A stretch of 38,543 nt of DNA from an uncultured Candidatus Peribacteria bacterium (GCA_964439155.1 CAYTNJ010000001.1:1-38543); one strand, 5' to 3'. Positions 9,356 through 16,812 are shown, counted from the stretch's first letter. Translations and numbers: made by a program. The notes: generated by a model not told the origin, from the sequence alone.

Positions 9356-10197
9356 CCCCCGAGGTATTTTCCGCACGCCGCGCACCCGACCGCGTGCATG
9401 GCGAAATACTGCGCTGTGAAGGCTGCGGTCTCGTGTATCCGCGCACGCTCATCGACGAAGCAGCGCTCGCGCGGTTGTATCGCGATGGGGCGTATACCTA
9501 TGGCGATCTCGAACCGCACATTCGCGCCATTTATGCACGCCATATCCGCCGCGCCATGCGTTCGCTCCCCACAAAGGGAGAACGGCGTTCCATCGACATC
9601 GGCTGCGGCAACGGCTTCATGCTGGAGGAGATGCGCCGACTGGGTTTTGAAGCGAGCGGCATCGAACCCTCCGCAGATGCCATCGCGCTTGCCGATCCGT
9701 CCGTGCGCCCGCATATCGTGCAAGGCCTGGCATCGCCCTCCCTGCTGCCGGCGGAACGTTTCGATCTCCTCACGTGCTTTCAAACGCTCGATCATGTTCC
9801 CGATCCCGCCGCGTTCGTCGCTCTTTGTTTAAGCGCGTTGCGCCCGGGAGGAGTGGCGCTGTTTATCAATCACGATGTCGGTTCCTTCACTGCGCGATTG
9901 CTCGGCGAACGTTGCCCCATGATCGACGTGGAGCACACGTTCCTGCACACCAAACGCACCATGCGCCTGCTCTTCGAGCGCGCAGGCTTCGAACAAGTCA
10001 CGGTGTTCCCTGTGGCCAATGCCTATCCGCTGCGCTACTGGCTGCACCTGCTGCCCGTTTCTCCCAAGGCACGCAAAGCAGCACTCTCCATCGCCGGTTT
10101 GTTGCATGCCCAGTCGCTCGTGATTCCGCTGTTCGCCGGCAACCTGGGGCTCATGGCGCGGCGTCCGCTTCATTCGTCCATAACCGGGCTCGACTGA
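9271..10197 (+). CDS. Class I SAM-dependent methyltransferase with N-terminal CxxC...CxxC zinc-ribbon
   Basis: CALCG...CEGCG pair, IDIGCGNGFMLEE (SAM motif I), LRPGGVALFINHD. 85-nt overlap with TK-C; 28-nt convergent overlap with ORF 10170..12104. Confidence 0.8.
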   Translation: MAEAVCALCGTNEHARTLYASTLRPGDLTPEVFSARRAPDRVHGEILRCEGCGLVYPRTLIDEAALARLYRDGAYTYGDLEPHIRAIYARHIRRAMRSLPTKGERRSIDIGCGNGFMLEEMRRLGFEASGIEPSADAIALADPSVRPHIVQGLASPSLLPAERFDLLTCFQTLDHVPDPAAFVALCLSALRPGGVALFINHDVGSFTARLLGERCPMIDVEHTFLHTKRTMRLLFERAGFEQVTVFPVANAYPLRYWLHLLPVSPKARKAALSIAGLLHAQSLVIPLFAGNLGLMARRPLHSSITGLD

Positions 10198-12104
10198 CCG
10201 GCACGCACGGCTTTGAGGTGATACGCGTCCGCTTTGTCTTGCTGCCCGGATTTGGAAAAAATCATCGCGAGATAATCGTAGTTGATACCCGGGCCTTCGC
10301 CCGCCGACAGCCGTACCGCGCGCTCCAGGTACTCTCCCGCCTGCAACCAATCTTGGTTCGCCGCGGCAATGCGCCCAAGGAGCTCGTAAGGTTCCGGACG
10401 CAGCGGTTGTGCCTGCGCCGCTGCGAGCGCGAGCGCATCTGCTTCCTTTAGGCGGCCCGTGGCGAAATAGCGGTCGCCCAACTGCAGCCTGGCCTTCATG
10501 CTCGCAGGGTCTTCCGCGGCCGCCCGCCGCAATTCCATTTCGGCCTGGGGCCATCGGTCCTCCGGCAGCGCGGCGAGCGCGTCGGTAAATTCCAGGGCGC
10601 CGGGACGCACGATGCGGTAGGCATGCTTCTCGATCAGCGTTGCGTAGCGCGGAAGGTCGCGCACGTACACCGCCGCGTCATCATCCACGTACACGAGCAC
10701 CCAGGAGGAATCCGATTCCATACTGTTGATGTACGGCAGCAGCGAGCCGTAATCGGCCACGGCCTTATATTCCACCACGGCGTAATCGAAACGATGCTCC
10801 GCCTCCAGCTCCTTCCAGCGCACGGGATTCGTGCCGGCATCCATCAATTTCTGCAGGAAAGGATAGCCGTAGTCGATGTTGCGCCCGTCCACAAACACCT
10901 GCCTGTCGGGATACCCCCGGAAGAGCAAGTACGAACCCTGGTTATACGTGTTGAACATCTTGCCCGTTATGCCCTCTCGCTCCACGAAATCGAAAGCTTT
11001 TTCCACCGAAATCCGCACGCCGAAACCGAACACCCCTTCCCGGCGCAGCGATAAGTCCTGTCGGTACATGCCGGCCACGAGCAGCGCGAAGGCCGTCAGG
11101 CCGAGGCTCAGCGTCAGCGCCGTCTCCTTTCGTGTCCCTTTCCATTGAAAAAACGTCACAGCCAGACACGCCGACACGAAGAGTATGCAATGCCGAAACG
11201 ATTCGAACGACATCAGAAAAAGCACGGCCAGCACCGTCGCGCACAGCACCCAAAACCGCCGTCGGAGAAGCACGCTTACCGCTGCCAAAAAGCCGAAAGG
11301 CACCACCTTGAGAAGGTAATCCCCCCAACCCATCGGCATCCACTCTCGCACCAGCGGAATCGTGCGATCAAAGCGGTGGGCATACATGTCCGCCAACGTA
11401 TAAACGCCCTTGGGAGAGAGCAGCAGCGCCGCCGCGCACGCCGCCAGCAGCAGTGCGAAAAACCGCACGGAGCGCAGTGCGTCCTCCGCCTCGTTCTCTC
11501 GGGCTCCGTACCAATCGGCCAACGCCTGCAGGCATAGCCCCGCAACGCACAGCACGCCGAAGATCGCGGAAGCGCCGTGCAGATTGACCCACAGAATCTG
11601 GATGCACAGCACCGCGGCAAAGTACGCCCAATGCCTGCAAGCATAACGGAGCGTCAGCAGTAACGATGTGCACAGCAGCAGCAGCGTGAACAGCTGCGGC
11701 CGCACCATGAAGCTTGCACGAAACGCATAGAAGGCGATCACCACGAGCAGCGACTGCCAAACGAACGCACGCCTGTCGATGTGCAGCAGCGCAGCCGCCG
11801 CGCCGGCGACCAAAAGGCCGCGAAGCACTATCGCTCCTGTAACACCGCTCGCGGCGTACGTGAGATAAAACACGATCTGCGCGAGCCACTCATGCAGCGC
11901 CGTATAGGGCCGCCCGTCCAAGGTCGCGGAAAAAGGTTCGACCGTGATCAAGCGCTTCGTCTTCCACAAAATTTCTCCCGCTTTCACGTGCCACCAAAAA
12001 TCGCCGTCGATCAGGTGGAACGCGCAGATGTAGAGCGCGCATGTCACGGTCAGCGCCAAAAATACCCAAAACCACAGTCGTTGCATGCGCGGCGAAGCAT
12101 ACAC
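10170..12104 (-). CDS. Polytopic GT-C-like membrane protein with C-terminal TPR-like repeats; paralog of the second module of ORF 1414..5769
   Basis: Start at GTG 12104 or ATG 12086. Motifs HLIDGDFWWHVKAGE, IQILWVNLHGAS, MFNTYNQGSYLLFRGYPDRQVFVDGRN and WVLVYVDDDAAVYV, then helical repeats (KARLQLGDRYFATGRLKEADALALAAAQ). These match the giant ORF motif by motif. Confidence 0.7.
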   Translation of the reverse strand: MYASPRMQRLWFWVFLALTVTCALYICAFHLIDGDFWWHVKAGEILWKTKRLITVEPFSATLDGRPYTALHEWLAQIVFYLTYAASGVTGAIVLRGLLVAGAAAALLHIDRRAFVWQSLLVVIAFYAFRASFMVRPQLFTLLLLCTSLLLTLRYACRHWAYFAAVLCIQILWVNLHGASAIFGVLCVAGLCLQALADWYGARENEAEDALRSVRFFALLLAACAAALLLSPKGVYTLADMYAHRFDRTIPLVREWMPMGWGDYLLKVVPFGFLAAVSVLLRRRFWVLCATVLAVLFLMSFESFRHCILFVSACLAVTFFQWKGTRKETALTLSLGLTAFALLVAGMYRQDLSLRREGVFGFGVRISVEKAFDFVEREGITGKMFNTYNQGSYLLFRGYPDRQVFVDGRNIDYGYPFLQKLMDAGTNPVRWKELEAEHRFDYAVVEYKAVADYGSLLPYINSMESDSSWVLVYVDDDAAVYVRDLPRYATLIEKHAYRIVRPGALEFTDALAALPEDRWPQAEMELRRAAAEDPASMKARLQLGDRYFATGRLKEADALALAAAQAQPLRPEPYELLGRIAAANQDWLQAGEYLERAVRLSAGEGPGINYDYLAMIFSKSGQQDKADAYHLKAVRAGQSSPVMDE

Positions 12105-12116
12105 GAATTTTTTCTC

Positions 12117-13052
12117 TCAATACGCGCGTACGCCCTTGAGCATGATGGTGAGTCCGTTGCCCGCCGTACCCGACCCCACTTGGTCGATGTCGATGGTGAT
12201 TTCGGCGCCGGCCGCGAGCGACGTATCCGACAACGCATGATTGCCGTCCTCGCGCGTGGCTGCCGCGTCTATTTCGGGGCGCGTGGAAAAAATCGTGGAG
12301 CCTTGTTCGTTGATGTCGACAATGAGTTGCTGGCCCGTCGGAGCGGTTTTTACCTTCAAATCCACATCGGTCACGGTCATGCCGAACGGCATGATTACCA
12401 CGGCGCTCTTGCCGTTACCTATGGTCAAATCGCCGTCGATATACCACATCACGGCGCCGGTCGGGCTTTTCCATTCGGGGGTGTTCGCCGTACGCGACAC
12501 GAGCACCGATCCGGAGGTCGCGCTCCGCGAGTTGACGAGGTCATAGGTGAACACCGACGAACCCGACACCGTGCCCACGACATCGAGAGGGGTATCGGGC
12601 GAAGCGGTACCTATGCCCACGCGGTTATTGCCCGCCTGCACCACGAGCGTGCCGTCGATGTACGCACCCGATTCGGTGACGAGCGATCCTGACGATCGAA
12701 GCAGCGTGTTGGCATGGATCGTGGTGCCCGAGGCGGTCCCCAGAATTTCCAAGTCATCGTCGAAGCGGAACTGTCCCGCCGTGCGTTCGTACGTCAGCGA
12801 TTTATTGATGGTATCTCCAAAGCGCAGCACGATGTCGGCTGTCGTATCGTCGTCATCGATCACCTGGAAGCCTTCGGTATTCACCAGCAGGCTTGGGCTC
12901 CACGAACTCGCCGCGAACGCGCTCGCGCCCCACGAAAACGCCGTAAGGCACAGGCATGTTGCCGCGATGCCGCGAGCCCGGCTCATCCAAGCACTGCCGG
13001 GAGGTTCGGGACGGCCCGCTCGGCGCGATAATGGTGCGTGTGTTCGTGGCAT
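12117..13052 (-). CDS. Secreted/cell-surface protein of unknown function
   Basis: ATG 13052 (alternative 12986). Signal peptide SRARGIAATCLCLTAFSWGASAFA. NNRVGIGTASPDTPLDVVGT resembles motifs of fibre-like surface proteins (from memory). No enzyme motif. Confidence 0.6.
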   Translation of the reverse strand: MPRTHAPLSRRAGRPEPPGSAWMSRARGIAATCLCLTAFSWGASAFAASSWSPSLLVNTEGFQVIDDDDTTADIVLRFGDTINKSLTYERTAGQFRFDDDLEILGTASGTTIHANTLLRSSGSLVTESGAYIDGTLVVQAGNNRVGIGTASPDTPLDVVGTVSGSSVFTYDLVNSRSATSGSVLVSRTANTPEWKSPTGAVMWYIDGDLTIGNGKSAVVIMPFGMTVTDVDLKVKTAPTGQQLIVDINEQGSTIFSTRPEIDAAATREDGNHALSDTSLAAGAEITIDIDQVGSGTAGNGLTIMLKGVRAY

Positions 13053-13066
13053 GAGAGTATCCCGTT

Positions 13067-13095
13067 ATTATACCAAAAAACCGTAGTTTTGTCTG
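13067..13095 (-). promoter_or_regulatory. sigma70-like promoter with extended -10 for the 311-aa gene
   Basis: Reverse strand CAGACA-N17-TGgTATAAT. The -10 ends 14 nt before ATG 13052, giving a very short leader. Confidence 0.45.
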
Positions 13096-13218
13096 TGCGC
13101 AGGTATTGCAAATACGCAGAAAAAGGGTGTGAATATCTATTGATACAACAGCCTCACAATAGCCATGGAAACAAGGAAAATGGCCTGATTTGGCAGGCCG
13201 CGATGGTGACAATTGTGA

Positions 13219-13294
13219 TGGCAGGCGCGGTAGGGCTCGAACCTACGACCCTCGGTTTTGGAGACCGATGCTCTACCAGCTGAGCTACGCGCCT
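13219..13294 (-). tRNA. tRNA-Trp: tRNA-Trp (anticodon CCA), CCA end encoded
   Basis: Reverse strand AGGCGCG-TA-GCTC-AGCTGGTA-GAGC-A-TCGGT-CTCCAAA-ACCGA-GGGTC-GTAGG-TTCGAGC-CCTAC-CGCGCCT-G-CCA. Complete cloverleaf, 76 nt. Confidence 0.93.
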
Positions 13295-13435
13295 ACGATG
13301 GGAAGGAAAGCTTGCCGTTGAAACGAAGGATGCACCAGCTGCTTGTCCGCCGTAGCCCGCTGGCGAAGGGGGAAGCTACGCGCCTAGGGGGTCCGTACCA
13401 TGACAGTATAGCGTTTTTGGCCACCGGAACACAAT

Positions 13436-14332
13436 TCATCGTTCGTCGAGCCACTCCCCGAACATCCCCTTCCCCACCTTCCAATGTCCCCGTTCCCGAA
13501 ACGCCGGCAGCGCCTGCTTTTTCGCGGCGTTGAGCAGACTTTGGGGAGACAAGGCCGACTGCTCCTTGCCAATGTCGATGAGCGCCACGATGTCATCGCC
13601 CCGCAGGTAGGCGATGCGTTTGTGAAAGCTTTCTTTCAGCAGCGCGGCGATGATGCGCTCGTAGGCCTTGGTCGAGCGGTCGGCGTCGTACGAAGAGAGT
13701 GCGGCGTAGTACGTTTTCTTCTCCTTATTGCGGATGATGATGGGCGGGTAGCCCGCGGCTTTCAGCTGAAAGTTGAGGAGCGCGCGGCCCACTCTGCCGT
13801 TGCCGTCGCAAAATGGGTGAATGTGCTCGAAGGCGAGATGAAAATTCACGATGCTCTGCAGCGGGTCCTTCGCGTCATGAAAATCCTGCACCAAGCGATG
13901 AATCAAATTGGGCACGTGTTCGGGGGGAGGCGCTATGTGCCGCCCCACGCGCACATACTCGCCGGGATGACGAAACCTGCCCGCCACTTCATCGCGAATG
14001 TGGCTTAAGAGCGTTCTGTGCGCGAGCAAAATCAAATCCTCCACGAGCGGTTCGTGCTTGTCGATCTTCGTGTTCAAATACTCCGTCACCCGCGCCAAGT
14101 TGATCGCTTCGAATACTTCGCGCTGCGAGTGATAGGGAGGAATTTCCTGGTGATGCAAAATACGCTCTGTTTCATCGAGCGTGAGTGTGGAATTCTCGAT
14201 GGCGTTGGAGTTATACACCGATTCCGGCAGCTCGGCTTCCTCCAAAAGCGTCAGCAGCGATTGTTTCCCCTGGCGCAGTTTGTGGTACTCCGCCTGCAGA
14301 TCGCCGATGTGTTTAAGCGTGGTGGCGTGCAT
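13436..14332 (-). CDS. fic: Fic-family protein (putative AMPylase), class II auto-inhibited type
   Basis: Fic motif HPFCDGNGRVGR. N-terminal inhibitory motif SNAIEN ([S/T]xxxE[G/N]). The C-terminal ~45 aa (ALSPQSLLNAAKKQALPAFRERGHWKVGKGMFGEWLDE) look like an excisionase-type HTH; that part is inference. Confidence 0.9.
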   Translation of the reverse strand: MHATTLKHIGDLQAEYHKLRQGKQSLLTLLEEAELPESVYNSNAIENSTLTLDETERILHHQEIPPYHSQREVFEAINLARVTEYLNTKIDKHEPLVEDLILLAHRTLLSHIRDEVAGRFRHPGEYVRVGRHIAPPPEHVPNLIHRLVQDFHDAKDPLQSIVNFHLAFEHIHPFCDGNGRVGRALLNFQLKAAGYPPIIIRNKEKKTYYAALSSYDADRSTKAYERIIAALLKESFHKRIAYLRGDDIVALIDIGKEQSALSPQSLLNAAKKQALPAFRERGHWKVGKGMFGEWLDER

Positions 14333-14334
14333 TT

Positions 14335-14438
14335 ATAGATGAAAATATAGAGAAAGTATAGAAAATTCATCTATTAAAGTCAAGTGCCAAGCAGGAAAAT
14401 AGATGAATTTAGAGAAAAAGTATTAAAAATTCACCTAT
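14335..14438. repeat. Two 40-bp palindrome-armed direct repeats in an AT-rich spacer upstream of fic
   Basis: R1 14335-14374 ATAGATGAAAATATAGAGAAAGTATAGAAAATTCATCTAT. R2 14399-14438 ATAGATGAATTTAGAGAAAAAGTATTAAAAATTCACCTAT. They are 33/40 identical and start 64 nt apart. Each has inverted arms ATAGATGAA / TTCA(T/C)CTAT. An extra palindrome CACCTATAAAATAGGTG lies at 14432-14448. Confidence 0.85.
14355..14383 (-). promoter_or_regulatory. sigma70-like promoter of fic
   Basis: Reverse strand TTGACT-N17-TATACT, ending 22 nt before ATG 14332. The -10 and spacer lie inside repeat R1. Confidence 0.5.
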
Positions 14439-14548
14439 AAAATAGGTGTAAGAGCTTTCGCTGAAGGCACGATGATCTCCCCATCCTAGGAAGCAAAGTT
14501 TCCCGCACATGGCTCTCCACAGAGAGAACTGCTATACTGACCAGATAC

Positions 14549-15457
14549 ATGTCGATCGAGATTCACGTTCCCCGGCCGCTTCTCACCCTCGGCGTCATCG
14601 CCGTGGCGACGTGGTTTGCGCTGGGCGGAAGGCTCGCTTGGCAGCCTGAAGCAAACGGAAGTGCTCAGGAGCACGTGCACGCGCAACTGCAAGAGAGCGA
14701 GGAAGAAGAACTGCAAGACGCCGGCGGGTCCGACGGCGAAGACGTGCGCAAAGCGCGCGAGGCGGAGGAGACCGTGAGGGATTTACGCGTGAAGCAAGAA
14801 GTGCTCAGTCGTCGCGAGGAAATTTTGCGTTACGAACTCGGGCTGCTCGAATTGGAAGATTCCGACGATCCCCTCGACGCCGCGACAATCCAAGAGCGCC
14901 GCCGAGAACTTGTGGCGTTGCTTCAGGATAAACAAAAAGCCGAAGAGCAGATCTTGGCCTCGCTGCAGCAAATGTGGGACGCCCGCGGATTCGCCATGGA
15001 GATTTCCAGGGAACGACGCGGAGGAACGCGCCCGCAATTGCTCGCCTGGCCGGTAGAGCCGCTGCTCGGCATTTCCGCGCACTTCGAAGACGCGGGCTAT
15101 CGCAAGCGCTTCGGGTTCGATCACCATGCCGTCGATATCCCCACGTCGCAGGGCACGATCATCTTCGCGCCGGCGGACGGCATCGTCGCCCAGGTGTCGG
15201 ACAACGGCTTGGGATTCAGTTCCCTCACGGTCGATCACGGGGGCGGCATGGCCACCCTCTACGGCCACGTATCGGCATTCCTCGTGACCGAAGGCCAGCA
15301 AGTACGCAAAGGCGACCCCATCGCCAAATCGGGCGGTCAGCCCGGCGGCAAGGGCTCGGGACGCATCACCACGGGGCCGCATCTGCACTTCGAAGTGTTG
15401 ATCGACGGTGAGAAGGCGGATCCGCTGCAGTACTTGGAGGAAAGCCCGAACTTGTAA
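14549..15457 (+). CDS. M23-family metallopeptidase with N-terminal TM anchor and coiled coil (EnvC-like)
   Basis: HHAVDIPTSQG (HxxxD), GPHLHFEV (HxH), glutamate-rich coiled-coil segment. TATACT at 14533-14538 lies 10 nt before the ATG. Confidence 0.88.
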   Translation: MSIEIHVPRPLLTLGVIAVATWFALGGRLAWQPEANGSAQEHVHAQLQESEEEELQDAGGSDGEDVRKAREAEETVRDLRVKQEVLSRREEILRYELGLLELEDSDDPLDAATIQERRRELVALLQDKQKAEEQILASLQQMWDARGFAMEISRERRGGTRPQLLAWPVEPLLGISAHFEDAGYRKRFGFDHHAVDIPTSQGTIIFAPADGIVAQVSDNGLGFSSLTVDHGGGMATLYGHVSAFLVTEGQQVRKGDPIAKSGGQPGGKGSGRITTGPHLHFEVLIDGEKADPLQYLEESPNL

Positions 15458-15460
15458 AGA

Positions 15461-15528
15461 ACGTAAAACGTAAAACACACAAATACGACTCGTATTTTAC
15501 GTTTTACGTTTGTGTGTTTTGCGTTTTT
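15461..15528 (+). terminator. Intrinsic terminator between convergent genes
   Basis: Perfect 15-bp stem ACGTAAAACGTAAAA / TTTTACGTTTTACGT (15461-15475 / 15495-15509), followed by TTGTGTGTTTTGCGTTTTT. Overlaps the last codons of dgt. Alternative pairing AAAACACACAAA / TTTGTGTGTTTT is possible. Confidence 0.7.
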
Positions 15529-16556
15529 CCAAGCATCTCCTTGGCATACGCATCGGTCATGCCAGCAACATAATCTTTCACCGCTTCCGGCAGGCTGCTC
15601 TTTGTGCGGTTTTGCAAAGTGAGAATTTTATCCGCGGGATTGGCGAAGTAGTGCTGGCATAAAGCGATCAAAATTTGCTGCCCCTCCTGCATGGGGGCGA
15701 TCACTTTGGGATGCACGTAGAAGTTGCTCCACAAAAACGTGCGCCATTCATCGAGCAAGTCGTGCACGTTTGGAGAAAACCCGACGAGCGGCTCGGCGCA
15801 CGATTGCACGTCTGCGAGAGTGCGCACGCCGTGCGCATCCAGACGCTTGCGCGTTTCGGCCAGCACGTCGGCATGCAAGATGCGAATCAGCCCTCCCCTT
15901 AGCGACGTACCGCGTGGCTGCGTGAGCGCATAAGCCTGGCGAATCAAGGGAATATCTTTGATCTGCTCGAAGGGGAAAAGTTCCGCTTTCAATCCGTCCT
16001 CGCAATCGTGCGCGGTGTAGGAAATTTCATCGGCGATGTTCACCAGCTGCGCCTCCAGCGTGTGCTGCTTGCCCGTGAGTGAATGCTTTTGCAATCCCTC
16101 CACGATTTCCTTTTGCAGATTGAGCCCCGGCTGCCCGGGAATGTGTTCTTCCAACAACGTGATGATGCGCAGCGATTGTTCGTTGTGTTCAAAGCTGAGT
16201 CCGTGCGTGCGCATCCAGGCGTCCAGAGCTTCTTCTCCCGCATGGCCGAAAGGCGGATGACCCAAGTCATGCGCGAGCGCTATGCACTCGGCCAAGTCTT
16301 CGTTCAGCCCCAGGGTGCGCGCCAAATCGCGGCTCACGAGCGCCACTTCCAAACTGTGTGTCAGGCGCGTGCGATAGTGGTCCCCTTCTCCGGCAACGAA
16401 CACCTGAGTCTTCCCCTGCAGCCTGCGAAACGCCTGCGTATGCACGATGCGGTCGCGGTCACGCTGAAAGGGCAAGCGGTGAGGGTCGGCTTCCTCGCGA
16501 ATCTCACGATCAAGATAGCCCGAAGGAGGAACGGCGTAGGAAGCGAGAGGATTCAT
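15504..16556 (-). CDS. dgt: dGTPase-like HD-domain dNTP triphosphohydrolase
   Basis: FQRDRDRIVHTQAFRRLQGKTQVF, HYRTRLTHSLEV, ALAHDLGHPPFGHAGEE. Confidence 0.9.
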   Translation of the reverse strand: MNPLASYAVPPSGYLDREIREEADPHRLPFQRDRDRIVHTQAFRRLQGKTQVFVAGEGDHYRTRLTHSLEVALVSRDLARTLGLNEDLAECIALAHDLGHPPFGHAGEEALDAWMRTHGLSFEHNEQSLRIITLLEEHIPGQPGLNLQKEIVEGLQKHSLTGKQHTLEAQLVNIADEISYTAHDCEDGLKAELFPFEQIKDIPLIRQAYALTQPRGTSLRGGLIRILHADVLAETRKRLDAHGVRTLADVQSCAEPLVGFSPNVHDLLDEWRTFLWSNFYVHPKVIAPMQEGQQILIALCQHYFANPADKILTLQNRTKSSLPEAVKDYVAGMTDAYAKEMLGKTQNTQT

Positions 16557-16561
16557 AGAAG

Positions 16562-16645
16562 AGCTTCTTAGCTTATCAGCTTGTTAGCTTCTTAGCTTTC
16601 TTTTTTCCTAATAAGCTAATTAGCTAAAAAGCTAACAAGCTAACG
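16562..16645. repeat. Inverted repeat built from 8-nt-phased AGCT octamers
   Basis: AGCT cores at 16562, 16570, 16578, 16586 and 16594 (TAGCTTNT-type units), and at 16614, 16622, 16630 and 16638 (NNAGCTAA units). The arms 16568-16598 and 16613-16643 are complementary at 26 of 31 positions (hand count). T-rich loop. The element ends 6 nt from the dgt ATG. Confidence 0.85.
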
Positions 16646-16812
16646 ACAAAATCGTCCCAACAGGCCGTCGAATCGGACACGCTTGTCCCTGATTGTACAG
16701 GTGGGTGACCGCAACCCGATACCACGGTACCGAGTGATTAAGCCTCCCGTGACAAGATATTAGAGAAGAAACGTATCCGTTCTAACGAGACGTCGAGACT
16801 GTGCCAAAGGTA

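Noticed and set aside
9774-12692. ORFs 9774..10451 (+), 9829..10554 (-), 10623..11054 (+), 11145..11537 (+), 11781..12692 (+), 12547..13086 (+)
   Set aside because: Shadows of the methyltransferase, the 644-aa membrane protein and the 311-aa secreted protein. Arg/His-rich low-complexity translations.
13300-14540. Complete integrative element (integrase plus att sites) carrying fic
   Set aside because: No integrase or recombinase ORF, and no second copy of the tRNA-derived repeat on the far side of fic. Only the composition shift and a short duplicate support acquisition.
16648-16812. Purine/2'-dG-type riboswitch upstream of the dGTPase-like gene
   Set aside because: On the minus strand a three-way-junction drawing is possible: P1 CGTGGTATC/GATTCGACG, P2 GGGT...ACCC, P3 GGGAC...GTCC followed by GAUU. 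But the conserved junction nucleotides of purine riboswitches are not matched and P1 has mismatches. Too weak to call without covariation.
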